From the NCBI GenBank assembly GCA_003222195.1, contig QHVB01000030.1, positions 114,883 through 178,882 on the forward strand: a stretch of 64,000 nt of DNA, given 5' to 3'. Positions 41,318 through 51,372 of this stretch are shown piece after piece. The DNA is from Gemmatimonadota bacterium (GTDB lineage Bacteria; Gemmatimonadota; Gemmatimonadetes; Gemmatimonadales; GWC2-71-9). The notes below the pieces were generated by a model. That model had not been told where the DNA came from. It saw nothing but the letters and a program-made list of their open reading frames with translations, and did no database searches. The position numbers were made by a program, and so were the translations under genes. Numbering within the stretch: position 1 is the first letter of the stretch; the number at the start of each line of letters is the position of its first letter.

Positions 41318-41420
41318 GAGCCCTCCTGGTGAGAGTGGAGGCTCATTGTGTGGGGAGGGGCCAGGAATTCATCGCCGTTTCCTTGCGACTCGGCCCCAAA
41401 ACACGCGAGATTCCCGGGCC

Positions 41421-44312
41421 ATGCTCGCACTTGCGGTCGATTCGACGTACTGGCAACAACGCGTCGCCTACGAGATCGTCGCCTCGGTCGACGAACCGAG
41501 CGGCGTGCTGAGCGGCCATGTCCGGATCACGTACGTCAATCAGTCGCCCGACACGCTCCGCGACTTCTCCGTCCACCAGTACCTGAACGCGTTTCGTCCC
41601 GGCTCGCGCTGGGCCGCGGCCGATTCCGCGGAGCAGCGTGTACGCTTTCAGCACATGCAGGATCCCGACTATGCGTTCGAGCGGATCACGACGGCGACGG
41701 TGATGGGAGAGCGGCGCGCGCCGGACTATCCGTACGCCCCCGATTCGACGATCGCGCATTGGCGGTTGCCGCGACCTCTCGCGCCCGGCGATTCGCTCGT
41801 CGTCGACATCGCGTGGCAGGCGCGTCCCTCGACCCTGCCGCGACGTCAAGGACGACAGGGGCGCCGCTTCGATTTCGCGCAGTGGTATCCGAAGGTCGTC
41901 GTGTACGACAAGTACGGCTGGGAAGACCATCCGCTCTATCCCGCGGGCGAGTTCTACGGCGAGTTCGCGAGCTACGACGTGATGCTCGATCTGACTGCGG
42001 ACCAGGTGGTTGGGGCGACAGGTGTGCCGGTTGAGGGTGATCCTGGTTGGGAAAAAGCGGTGGTCGGGGCGGTCGCCGGCGGTGCGATCGACTATCAGCG
42101 GAATTATTACGGGCGGTCGGGCGGTCAAAACCGATGCGGCCCAGTCGCCGCGGGACGAAAATGTGTCCGGTTTTATGCAGAGTTGGTCCACCACTTCGCA
42201 TTGTCGCTCAACCCCGAGTACCGCTACGAGCAGGGGCGCTACAAGGACGTCGTCGTGCACGTGCTCTACCAGCCTGGCGATAGCGCAACGTGGGGGAAGG
42301 GGATCGCGGTCCAGCGCACGGAGGCCGCGCTCGCCTGGCTCGACTCGCTATATGGCAAGTTCGCGTGGCCGCAGATCACGAACGTCCACCGCATCGAAGG
42401 CGGTGGCACCGAATTCCCCATGATGATCATGGACGGCAGCGCTGGTCTCGGCCTCATCATCCACGAGCTGGGGCACAACTACACGATGGGGATCCTCGCG
42501 AACAATGAGTGGCGCGAGGGCTATCTCGACGAAGGTTTCACGAGCTTTCAGACCGGTTGGTTTTTCGAAGCGCATGGGATGGGATCCCAATATTCCGGCC
42601 TTGAAAGCGAGATTCTGTTGTGGGATCTGGACCGGTGGAGCCAGCCGGTGTCGATGATCAGCGAGCGCTACCGCGACTTCGCGACCTACAACACGATGAT
42701 CTACGAGAAGGGCCAGCTCTTTTATGAGCAGCTGCGATACATCGTGGGCGACGACGTCATGCGCCAGATCCTCCGGACCTACTACGCCCGCTACCGCCTG
42801 AGGCATGTGGACGAGGATGCGTTCCGCAGCGTCGCAGAAGAAGTGTCACACCGCGATCTGCGATGGCTCTTCGGCCAGTGGCTGCATGGGACGCCGCTGA
42901 TCGATTATCGACTGGACAAGGTCCAGCGACGCCGGCTCGCTGATGGCCGCTGGCTGACCGCGGTCACGATCAGCCGGCAAGGCGATGGCTGGATGCCGGT
43001 CGAAGTCGGCGATAAGGACACGATCTACGCGCGCTCGACCGGCCAGCCCGAGCGCGAGCGCGTGGAGTTCGTCTCGACGCGCAAGCCGGGACGCTTGATG
43101 CTCGATCCGCGCCAGCGCGCGCACGACTGGAACGCGCTGAACAACTACGAAAAGCGCGGGCTGATCGGCTCACGCGGGAAGGATGCTGTGCGCCTCGACA
43201 ATCCGACGCGCCAAGTGTCGCGGCGCGATCGGACCGTGACCGCCTTGCTGCCGCTCGTCTGGTACAACGACTACGGGGGTGTTACCGGAGCCCTGCAGTC
43301 GCGCTCGAACTACCTCGGCCGGTTCGAAAAGAACGTCGCGGCATATTCGTACGCGTTCGACTCCAACGCAACGCACCGCGAGGGCTTCTATTTCCGCCTC
43401 GCCAATCCGGTGAGCCACCCGATCCCGCGGACCGAAGCTAGCGCCGCGGGTTGGAGCCTCGAGGGACGGTCCGGCATCGCCTTGCACGCCGACCGCTCGC
43501 TGCGCGAGCACCCGACCTTCGGCGCCGATCGCCACGCGGGCTTCGACGCCAACTGGATGACGGTCAGCGACCTCGGCTACGTGGACCAGCGCCTCTGGGA
43601 CAACGCGGGGACGATCGAGGCTGGGCCCTGGGGCTCGGTCACGAGTCGTCGGGGGGACCAGGTGTGGCGGGCGCGGGCCGCTGTGCGCGGCGGCATCGTG
43701 TACCGCAATCCCGGCCCAGGCCAGCAGGCGTCGACGCGCTACGACGTCGAGGGGTTTGCGCGCGCCACGGGTGACGTGAGCGTACGGACGCGGTACCTCG
43801 GTGCTCATCTGTTCGCAGGGACCTACCTGGCTCCAACGGCGCCGCCGCTGCAACGTCGCATCATGCTGGCCGGCGCCGACCCCTACCAGACATTCACGAA
43901 TCCCTTGCTGCGCAGCCGCGGTGCGCTGCTCGTCCGTCCCGATTTCCATTATCAGGCGCCGGGCGACGCCAACCTCCGTGCGTTCCGGCCCGACCTGGGT
44001 GGCCGCTGGGCCGTCGCGCTGAACCTCGAGGGTACCAAGACGCTCCTGAAGAAACCCGAGGTCGCGCTCGAGGCCTTTGTGGATGCCGGCCTCGTGGACC
44101 CACGGGCCGTGCCGCCATCCACGGCGGGTCAATCGTACACCACGTTGTACGACGGCGGATTCGGCATCGTCGCGCGGCCGCACATCAACGAGCTGGCGTG
44201 GACGATGCGATTCGAGGTGCCCTTTGTCGTCAATCGCTGGGACTACGCAGCCGATGGCACCGACAAGCGGGTACAATTCCGGTGGCAAGTGAGCCTGGAG
44301 CCGAGCTTTTGA
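41421..44312 (+). CDS. M1 family metallopeptidase with long beta-rich C-terminal extension
   Basis: YWQQRVAY, AQWYPK, GGTEFP, HELGH-x18-E (LDEG), YEKG. Confidence 0.85.
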   Translation: MLALAVDSTYWQQRVAYEIVASVDEPSGVLSGHVRITYVNQSPDTLRDFSVHQYLNAFRPGSRWAAADSAEQRVRFQHMQDPDYAFERITTATVMGERRAPDYPYAPDSTIAHWRLPRPLAPGDSLVVDIAWQARPSTLPRRQGRQGRRFDFAQWYPKVVVYDKYGWEDHPLYPAGEFYGEFASYDVMLDLTADQVVGATGVPVEGDPGWEKAVVGAVAGGAIDYQRNYYGRSGGQNRCGPVAAGRKCVRFYAELVHHFALSLNPEYRYEQGRYKDVVVHVLYQPGDSATWGKGIAVQRTEAALAWLDSLYGKFAWPQITNVHRIEGGGTEFPMMIMDGSAGLGLIIHELGHNYTMGILANNEWREGYLDEGFTSFQTGWFFEAHGMGSQYSGLESEILLWDLDRWSQPVSMISERYRDFATYNTMIYEKGQLFYEQLRYIVGDDVMRQILRTYYARYRLRHVDEDAFRSVAEEVSHRDLRWLFGQWLHGTPLIDYRLDKVQRRRLADGRWLTAVTISRQGDGWMPVEVGDKDTIYARSTGQPERERVEFVSTRKPGRLMLDPRQRAHDWNALNNYEKRGLIGSRGKDAVRLDNPTRQVSRRDRTVTALLPLVWYNDYGGVTGALQSRSNYLGRFEKNVAAYSYAFDSNATHREGFYFRLANPVSHPIPRTEASAAGWSLEGRSGIALHADRSLREHPTFGADRHAGFDANWMTVSDLGYVDQRLWDNAGTIEAGPWGSVTSRRGDQVWRARAAVRGGIVYRNPGPGQQASTRYDVEGFARATGDVSVRTRYLGAHLFAGTYLAPTAPPLQRRIMLAGADPYQTFTNPLLRSRGALLVRPDFHYQAPGDANLRAFRPDLGGRWAVALNLEGTKTLLKKPEVALEAFVDAGLVDPRAVPPSTAGQSYTTLYDGGFGIVARPHINELAWTMRFEVPFVVNRWDYAADGTDKRVQFRWQVSLEPSF

Positions 44313-44860
44313 ACGACCGGCGCGCATTCTTCCAGAGCACGATCGGGAAGCTGCTCCAGGAGGTCGCGAGGCGCACCGAGGAGCGGGTCGCGCCGAAGCG
44401 CTGGTTCCGTCCGCCCGGCGCGGCGCCCGAAGTGGCGTTTGTGGCGGCATGCACGCGCTGCGGCGACTGCATCGACGTCTGCCCGGTGCACGCTATCCTC
44501 AAGATGCCGGCGAACGGCAGCGGTCTGGCAGCCGGAACGCCCTATCTCGACCCCACCACGCGCGCCTGCATCGCCTGCGAGGACATGCCGTGTGCCGCCG
44601 CGTGCCAGACGGGCGCCCTCACGCGCGTGCCGTGGGAGCAGGTGCACATGGGCATCCTCGAGCTGGACCCGCAGCGCTGCATCACGTTTCAGGGTGCGGA
44701 ATGCGGCGTGTGCGCGCGCGCCTGCCCGATCGGTGAGCGCGCCCTCGCGCTCGACGACCGCGGTCGTCCCGTGCTGAAGCCGGAAGGGTGCGTCGGTTGC
44801 GGCGTATGTGTGACGGCATGCGTCACGATCCCATCATCGCTGAAGCTGAGGCTCGCGTGA
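44309..44860 (+). CDS. 4Fe-4S multicluster ferredoxin (NapF/MauM-like)
   Basis: RPPGA, CTRCGDCIDVCP, CIACEDMPC, CVGCGVCVTAC. Confidence 0.85.
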   Translation: MNDRRAFFQSTIGKLLQEVARRTEERVAPKRWFRPPGAAPEVAFVAACTRCGDCIDVCPVHAILKMPANGSGLAAGTPYLDPTTRACIACEDMPCAAACQTGALTRVPWEQVHMGILELDPQRCITFQGAECGVCARACPIGERALALDDRGRPVLKPEGCVGCGVCVTACVTIPSSLKLRLA

Positions 44861-45210
44861 GCGATCTGCCGTATCGAGTAGAAAAGCCGTGGGGATACGA
44901 GGTCATCTGGGCGAAGGCCGACCGCTACGTCGGGAAGATTCTCCATATCGAGCCCGGACACGTGCTGTCGCTGCAATATCACAACAAGAAGGATGAATCG
45001 ATTTACGTCCTGTCGGGCGAAATCATCCTGCGAATTCAGCAGGGTGAGAGGGTGATGGAGCGGCGCGTGCGCGCCGGCGAGGCATTCCACGTTCCCCCCA
45101 AACAGATCCATCAATTCGAGGCCGTCGTGGTGACCGATCTCCTGGAAGCTTCCACTCCCGAGCTGGATGACGTCGTCCGGCTCAAAGACCGCTACGGACG
45201 TGTGCCATGA
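44857..45210 (+). CDS. Cupin domain protein (mannose-6-phosphate isomerase-like)
   Basis: VEKPWGYE, LSLQYH..KDE, EASTPELDDVVR. Confidence 0.85.
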   Translation: MSDLPYRVEKPWGYEVIWAKADRYVGKILHIEPGHVLSLQYHNKKDESIYVLSGEIILRIQQGERVMERRVRAGEAFHVPPKQIHQFEAVVVTDLLEASTPELDDVVRLKDRYGRVP

Positions 45211-46199
45211 AGGTGATCATGCCGATGGCAGGGAAGGGCACGCGGCTCCTGCCGCTGACCAAGCGCGTGCCCAAGCCGCTCCTGAATGTCGCGGGCCGGC
45301 CCGTGATGGACTACGTCATGGACGCGTTGGGGCGCGCGGGACAGCTCGACGAGCTGATCATCATCACCGGCCACTTGAAGGAGAAAGTCGAAGAGTACGT
45401 CCGAAAGCATTACGACATTCCCGCGCGCTTCATCGAGCAGAAAGTGCTCGACGGGACGGCCGGTGCGGTGAATCTGGCCCGGCCGTACGTCGACGGACCG
45501 GTGATCGTGATCTTCGTCGACACGCTCTTCGACGCCGACTTGTCGATCGTGAAGACCACGAAAGCCGACGGCATCATCTGGACGAAGGAAGTAGAGGACT
45601 ACCAGCGGTTCGGCGTCGTCGTGACTGATCAGCAAGGTCACATGACCAAGATCGTGGAGAAGCCGAGTACGCCGATCTCGCGGCGCGCCAACATCGGACT
45701 GCAGTACGTAAGAGACTGGCGCACGCTGTTCGAGGGGATCGAGTACGTCCTCAAGAGCCCGCCGGGGAAGGGGGGCGAGTTTTACCTGACCGACGCCTTC
45801 CAGTACATGGTGGATAAAGGAAAGAAGCTGTTCGTCAGCGAGGTCGGCGGCTGGTACGACTGCGGCAAAGTCGACACGCTGCTCGAGACGAACGAGCATC
45901 TGCTCACGCACGGCCGCGGCAGGCGACCGGCGAAGCTGCCGGCCGGCGTGCAGATCAAGGATCCCGTCTACATCGAGGACGGCGTGACGCTGAAGGATTC
46001 GACCATTGGTCCCAACGTCGCCGTCGAATCAGGCAGCACGATCGAAGGTAGCACGCTCGCCAACAGCATCCTCGGCAAGGGCGTCCGTGTGAAGAATGCC
46101 AAGGTCTACGGCTCCGTGATCGGTGACAAGCAGGCGATCGAGGGTCGGGAGGTGAAGGACTCCGTGATGGACGCCGGAGAGCTGGCGGCCGCCCGGTAG
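45207..46199 (+). CDS. Sugar-phosphate nucleotidyltransferase with C-terminal beta-helix
   Basis: PMAGKGTRLLP..PKPLL, VEKP, EFYLTDA, WYDCG. Confidence 0.88.
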   Translation: MKVIMPMAGKGTRLLPLTKRVPKPLLNVAGRPVMDYVMDALGRAGQLDELIIITGHLKEKVEEYVRKHYDIPARFIEQKVLDGTAGAVNLARPYVDGPVIVIFVDTLFDADLSIVKTTKADGIIWTKEVEDYQRFGVVVTDQQGHMTKIVEKPSTPISRRANIGLQYVRDWRTLFEGIEYVLKSPPGKGGEFYLTDAFQYMVDKGKKLFVSEVGGWYDCGKVDTLLETNEHLLTHGRGRRPAKLPAGVQIKDPVYIEDGVTLKDSTIGPNVAVESGSTIEGSTLANSILGKGVRVKNAKVYGSVIGDKQAIEGREVKDSVMDAGELAAAR

Positions 46200-46201
46200 T
46201 T

Positions 46202-46690
46202 GTGAACGAGTTGCTCGAGCTGTTCGCGTTCAACGCCTGGGCGAACCGCATCATCTTCGACGCGGTCGCTCCCCTGCCGGAGGAGCAGTACCTCCGCGAT
46301 CTGAAAAGCAGCTTCGGCGGCATTCATGGCACGCTCGCCCATATCGTGTGGGCGGAGCAGTTGTGGCTGCACCGGTGGCTGGGGAAGCCCAATCCGCCGG
46401 TGGCGCAGGGAGCCGACCTCCGCACGCTGGCGGACGTGCGGAGCCGGTGGGAGCAGGTCGAGCGGGAGCGGGCGGCCTTCGTAGCCGATTTGAACGATGT
46501 TCGGCTCGCCGAGACGCGCGTCGTAAAGCCTTCCACCGGTGGCGAATACGTTCATTCGTTCCGGCAGATGTTCCGGCATTTCGTCAATCACTCCTCCTAC
46601 CATCGCGGCCAGATCGTCGTCTTTCTGCGCCAACTGGGCGTTCCGGCTCCGAACACCGATCTGATCCGATTTTATCGGCAGAGGGGTTGA
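46202..46690 (+). CDS. DinB family protein
   Basis: FNAWAN, SFGGIHGTLAHI, NHSSYHRGQ. Confidence 0.88.
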   Translation: MNELLELFAFNAWANRIIFDAVAPLPEEQYLRDLKSSFGGIHGTLAHIVWAEQLWLHRWLGKPNPPVAQGADLRTLADVRSRWEQVERERAAFVADLNDVRLAETRVVKPSTGGEYVHSFRQMFRHFVNHSSYHRGQIVVFLRQLGVPAPNTDLIRFYRQRG

Positions 46691-46705
46691 CCCAGGCGGG
46701 AACCT

Positions 46706-46739
46706 AAAGTTACTTACTGACCGTTCAGTTAGTAACTTT
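46706..46739. promoter_or_regulatory. TetR-type operator palindrome upstream of the efflux operon
   Basis: AAAGTTACT-TACTGACCGTTCAGTT-AGTAACTTT inverted repeat; TTGACC at 46687 as a possible -35. Confidence 0.75.
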
Positions 46740-46751
46740 TGGAGACCCCCA

Positions 46752-47405
46752 ATGCCCGCAACTGCTGTCAAACGTCGTTCCTCCCGTGCCGCGCGCCCGC
46801 GCTGGCACCGCCGCAAGGACGCCCGTCCCGACGAGATCCTGGCTGCCGCCCTCGAGGTCTTCTCAGATCGCGGTTTCGCTGCGACCAAGCTCGAAGACAT
46901 CGCGCGCCGGGCCGGCGTGACCAAAGGGACCATCTACCTCTACTTCGCGAATAAAGAGGCGCTGTTCAAAGCGCTCATCCGCGAGACCATCGTCCAGGTC
47001 ATCGCCCAAGGCGAGGCCCTCGCGCAGTCGTTCACCGGGAGCGCGCGCGACCTCCTGGAGCGCCTGGTGCGGGAGTACTGGCGTCTCGTCGGTGAAACGT
47101 CGCTGGTCGGCATCCCCAAACTCATGATGGCGGAAGCGGGGAACTTCCCCGAGTTAGCTCGCTTCTACTACGAAGAAGTCGTCACGCGGGGGCATCGGCT
47201 CATGGCCGGCGTCATCCAGCGGGGTATCAAAGCCGGCGAGTTTCGTCCGGTGAACGTCATGGTCGCGGCGAAGCTGGCGATGTCGCCGCTCATGCACGCG
47301 GTCGTCGCCCGTAAGGCCTTCTCGGCGTGCATGCCCGAAGGCTTCAACGTCGCCAACTATCTCGACACTCACATCGATCTCTATCTCCATGGCATCAGCA
47401 AGTAG
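46752..47405 (+). CDS. TetR/AcrR family transcriptional regulator
   Basis: ILAAALEVF..RGF..IARRAGVTKGTIYLYFANKEALF. Confidence 0.92.
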   Translation: MPATAVKRRSSRAARPRWHRRKDARPDEILAAALEVFSDRGFAATKLEDIARRAGVTKGTIYLYFANKEALFKALIRETIVQVIAQGEALAQSFTGSARDLLERLVREYWRLVGETSLVGIPKLMMAEAGNFPELARFYYEEVVTRGHRLMAGVIQRGIKAGEFRPVNVMVAAKLAMSPLMHAVVARKAFSACMPEGFNVANYLDTHIDLYLHGISK

Positions 47406-48741
47406 GACCCAGATCGCACTGCTCGTTGCGCTGAGTGGCGCGGCTTCGCTGCGGGCGCAAACGCCCCCCCCCGCTCCCCTGCGTCTCTCATTCGTCGACG
47501 CGGTGCGCCATGCGTCGGGTGCGAGCCTCGACACCGCGCCGCCGGCCGTCACGATCGCCGGGTTTCGCAGCGACGCCGCCGGCGCGCGCGTGCGCGAGGC
47601 ACGCGCCGCGCTGTTGCCGAATCTGGCCTTCACGGGCTCGTGGGTGAACCGCACCTTCAATCCCCAGACGCTCGGATTCAAGATCCCCGGGTTCAGCCTC
47701 CCCTCGCTGGTTCCGCCGTTCAACGCCTATGACGGCCGGGCGCGCGTCACGCAGACGCTGTTCGACCTGTCGAGCTTGAGTCGCATCAGCGCCGCGCGCG
47801 GTCAGCTCAACGCAGCGAATGCGGAGCGGACCGCGGTCATCGAGACCGCCGTGCAAAACGTCGCGCTGGCGTATGCGCGCGCCGCACGTGCCCAGGCCGT
47901 GGTCGAGGCCCGTCATGCCGATTCGGTGCTTGCCGCCGAATTGGTCGGTCTCGCCGTCGCGCAGCAGCAGGCGGGCGTGAGCGCATCGATCGACGTGACC
48001 CGCGCGCGGACGCAGCTGGCCGACGCGGCCGGCGCTCTCGTTGTCGCCGCCAATCAGCTCGATCGCGCGAAGATCGATCTCGCGCGCGCCCTGGGCATCG
48101 ATCCGAACACACCCATCACCCTGGCCGACAGCCTCAGCGCGGAGCTTGGCGCCGCCGACGTGCCCGCTGACCGCGGCACGGCCGTGACGCAGGCGGTCGC
48201 GACGCGTCCCGATCTGCTCGCCGAGCAGGCGCGTGGCCGGGCGGCGCAGCAGGCGGCGAGCGCGATCTCGGCCGAGCGGCTGCCCCGTCTCGACGTCGAG
48301 GCCGACTACGGGTTCAGTGGCCTGCGCGTCCCCGACGCCGTGGGTACGCGGCAGGTGGCGGTCGAGGTCACGTTGCCCATTCTCGACGGTTTCCGGCGCG
48401 AGGGGCGGCGGGCCGAGCAGCAGGCCGTGGTGCGCGAGTCCGATGTGCGCGTGCGTGACCTCCGCCAGCAGGTGTCTGCCGACGTCGATGGGGCGCTGCT
48501 CGACCTGCGCTCGGCCGGCGCCCAGCAGCAAATCGCCGTGGAGCGGCTGCAGCTGGCCGCGCAGGAGGTTTCGGAGGCCCGCCAGCGTTTCAAAGCAGGC
48601 GTCGCCGGCAATATCGAAGTCATCAACGCCCAGTCTTCACTGCTCCGCGCGCGTGACGCGGACATCGATGCGCGCTTCGCGGCAGTATCGGCGCGCATTG
48701 CGCTGGCCCGTTCGGTGGGCAGCGCGCGGACCCTGCATTAA
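47389..48741 (+). CDS. TolC family outer-membrane efflux protein
   Basis: Signal peptide, helical repeats, LPRLDV and TLPILDG; operon context. Confidence 0.88.
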   Translation: MASASRTQIALLVALSGAASLRAQTPPPAPLRLSFVDAVRHASGASLDTAPPAVTIAGFRSDAAGARVREARAALLPNLAFTGSWVNRTFNPQTLGFKIPGFSLPSLVPPFNAYDGRARVTQTLFDLSSLSRISAARGQLNAANAERTAVIETAVQNVALAYARAARAQAVVEARHADSVLAAELVGLAVAQQQAGVSASIDVTRARTQLADAAGALVVAANQLDRAKIDLARALGIDPNTPITLADSLSAELGAADVPADRGTAVTQAVATRPDLLAEQARGRAAQQAASAISAERLPRLDVEADYGFSGLRVPDAVGTRQVAVEVTLPILDGFRREGRRAEQQAVVRESDVRVRDLRQQVSADVDGALLDLRSAGAQQQIAVERLQLAAQEVSEARQRFKAGVAGNIEVINAQSSLLRARDADIDARFAAVSARIALARSVGSARTLH

Positions 48742-48752
48742 GGAACAGGACA

Positions 48753-49793
48753 ATGGCAACGACGATGGAACCGACAGAAACCAGGACTCGGCCCACACCC
48801 GCGGCGCCTCCGGCCGCCCCGCAGAAGCCGGCCCCCAAAAGCTCCCGGCGGACCGTCTTCCTCATCATGGGCGTGATCCTGGCCGGGCTGCTCCTCTTTG
48901 GCGTACGGAAATGGTGGTTCAGCCGGTCGCACGTGTCGACCGACAACGCCCAGGTGGACGGCCACATCGTGCCGATCCTGCCCAAGGTCGGCGGCTACGT
49001 CGCGGAGGTGCGCGTCGAGGAGAACCACACGGTGAAGGCCGGCGACACACTGGTCGTGCTGGATGACCGCGACTTCCGCGCTCGCCTCGCCCAGACAGAA
49101 GCGGATCTCGCCGCGCTATTGGCCACGGTCAGCTCGCGGACGCGGGTGGGGCAGGCTGAGGCCGCCGTCGCCCAGGCGCAGGGGAACGCACTCAAGGCCA
49201 CCGCCGATCTGGCGCGCATCGAGCCGCTCGCGCTTCAGAACGTCGTGAGCCAGCAGCAGCTCGATGGGGTGCGCGCCGCCGCCACGGCGGCGCAGGCGCA
49301 GCTTGCCGCGGCGCAGGCGATGCTCGTCGGCGCCGATGCTCGTGTCGCGGCGGCCCGCGCGTCGCGCGATCAGGCCGCGCTACAGCTCTCCTATACGCGC
49401 GTGATCGCGCCGTCCAACGGCGTCGTCTCGAAGAAGACCGTCGAGCTGGGGCAGCTCGTGCAGCCGGGCCAGCCGCTGATGAGCGTCGTGCCGCTCGAAG
49501 ACGTCTGGGTGACGGCGAACTTGAAGGAGACGGAGACGGCCGACGTCACGCCGGGCGACTCGGCCGACGTCACCGTCGATGCGTACAAGGGGGTCCACTT
49601 CCGCGGCCACGTCGAGAGCCTGGCGCCTGCGACTGGCGCGAAGTTCTCGCTGCTGCCGCCCGACAATGCCACCGGCAACTTCACCAAGGTCGTGCAGCGC
49701 ATTCCCGTACGGATTCACTTGGATAGCGCTCCCGACCCCATGCATCCGCTGCGACCCGGCATGAGCGTCGTCGCGACCATCAAGACGCACTAG
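48753..49793 (+). CDS. HlyD/EmrA family membrane fusion protein
   Basis: STDNAQV, SLLPPDNATGNFTKVVQRIPVRI. Confidence 0.92.
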   Translation: MATTMEPTETRTRPTPAAPPAAPQKPAPKSSRRTVFLIMGVILAGLLLFGVRKWWFSRSHVSTDNAQVDGHIVPILPKVGGYVAEVRVEENHTVKAGDTLVVLDDRDFRARLAQTEADLAALLATVSSRTRVGQAEAAVAQAQGNALKATADLARIEPLALQNVVSQQQLDGVRAAATAAQAQLAAAQAMLVGADARVAAARASRDQAALQLSYTRVIAPSNGVVSKKTVELGQLVQPGQPLMSVVPLEDVWVTANLKETETADVTPGDSADVTVDAYKGVHFRGHVESLAPATGAKFSLLPPDNATGNFTKVVQRIPVRIHLDSAPDPMHPLRPGMSVVATIKTH

Positions 49794-49794
49794 G

Positions 49795-51372
49795 ATGACC
49801 GCCGCCGCGTTACCGCTGTCCGCTGCGGCGGACCGCTATCGCTTCAAGTACATCATCGCGATAACGGTGTCGCTCGCGTCGGTGCTGGAGCTACTCGATA
49901 CCAGCATCGTGAACGTGGCGATTCCGCACATGATGGGAAATCTGGGGGCGACGCTCGATCAGATCGCCTGGGTGTCGACCGGATACATCGTCGCGAACGT
50001 GATCGTGCTGCCTATCACGGGATGGCTGTCGGCGTATTTCGGCCGGCGCCGCTATTTCGCCGGCTCGATCGCGCTCTTCACGCTCGCGTCGTTCCTGTGC
50101 GGCAACGCCGGGTCGCTGGGAGCGCTGATCTTCTGGCGCATCGTGCAAGGGCTGGGTGGAGGCGCACTCCTCTCGACTTCGCAAGCGATTCTATACGAAG
50201 AGTTTCCGCGCGAAGAGTACGGCACGGCGATGGCTATCTTCGGCGTCGGCGTCATGGTTGGCCCGACGCTTGGGCCAACCGTTGGCGGGTGGATCACCGA
50301 CACATACGGCTGGCCGTGGATCTTCTACATCAACATCCCCTTCGGCATGCTCGCCTTGGCGCTGACGATGTCGTTCATCAACGACTCGCGGCACCAGGAG
50401 CGGTCCACGCGAGTGGACTTCGTGGGCCTCGGTCTGCTGGCCGTTGGAATCGGTGCCTTGCAGACGATGCTCGAGCGCGGCGAGCGGCTCGACTGGTGGT
50501 CGTCGGGGCAGGTACGGTTGCTGGCCATCACCAGCGCGCTGTCGCTGATCACGTTTATCTGGCACGAACTGCGCACGGAAGACCCGGTCGTCGACCTACG
50601 AATTCTGAAGAGTCGGCAGCTTGCGGTGGGGGTGGTGTTCGGACTTGTGCTGGGCGTCTGCCTGTACGCGACGGTGTTCGTGCTACCGGTCTATCTCCAG
50701 AACATTCGCAACTTCACGGCGAATCAAACCGGTTTGGTGATTCTGCCGGGCGCCCTCGCGAGCGCGTTTACGATGGCGGTGATGGGCCGAACTACCGGGA
50801 AATTTGACGCACGATTGTCGATCACCGCCGGCGTCGGGATCTTTGCGCTCTCGATGTGGAAGCACGCGCACTTCACCACCGAAAGCGGCATGTCCGACTT
50901 CTTCTGGCCGCTCATTTTCCGCGGCGTGGGACTCGGCCTGATCTTTGTACCGCTGACGAACCTCGCGCTCGCCGATCTGCCGATGTCGAAGATCCCGAAC
51001 GGGACGGGGCTCTTCAACCTGATGCGGCAGCTGGGCGGCAGCATCGGGATCGCGCTGTCGGCGACCCTGTTGCAGCGGTTCACGGCGATTCACCGGGCCG
51101 ATCTCGCCGCCAACATCACGCCGTACGCTGAGGCGACCCGTGAGCGGCTCGCGGCGATTACCCAGACATTGATTGCACGCGGCGAGGTGCCGGCGATCGC
51201 CCAAACGAAGGCGATCGGATTCTTGAACGCTATCGTGACGAAGCAGGCGATGATGCTGTCGTTCGAGCAGCTGTTCCTGTTGTTCGGAATGGTGTTCGTG
51301 CTGTCGCTGGCGCTGCTGCCGCTGATGCACAAGAGTCGCGGCGTGGGCTCGGCGGGAGCGGGGGCCCATTGA
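49795..51372 (+). CDS. DHA2 family MFS efflux permease (EmrB-like)
   Basis: LDTSIVNVA, WVSTGY, GPTLGPTVGG, WPWIFYINIP, RQLGGSIG. Confidence 0.92.
   Translation: MTAAALPLSAAADRYRFKYIIAITVSLASVLELLDTSIVNVAIPHMMGNLGATLDQIAWVSTGYIVANVIVLPITGWLSAYFGRRRYFAGSIALFTLASFLCGNAGSLGALIFWRIVQGLGGGALLSTSQAILYEEFPREEYGTAMAIFGVGVMVGPTLGPTVGGWITDTYGWPWIFYINIPFGMLALALTMSFINDSRHQERSTRVDFVGLGLLAVGIGALQTMLERGERLDWWSSGQVRLLAITSALSLITFIWHELRTEDPVVDLRILKSRQLAVGVVFGLVLGVCLYATVFVLPVYLQNIRNFTANQTGLVILPGALASAFTMAVMGRTTGKFDARLSITAGVGIFALSMWKHAHFTTESGMSDFFWPLIFRGVGLGLIFVPLTNLALADLPMSKIPNGTGLFNLMRQLGGSIGIALSATLLQRFTAIHRADLAANITPYAEATRERLAAITQTLIARGEVPAIAQTKAIGFLNAIVTKQAMMLSFEQLFLLFGMVFVLSLALLPLMHKSRGVGSAGAGAH

Noticed and set aside
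41004-41420. N-terminal extension of the M1 peptidase ORF to 41004
   Set aside because: It overlaps the opposite-strand lipoprotein gene, and family-like sequence only begins near 41421.
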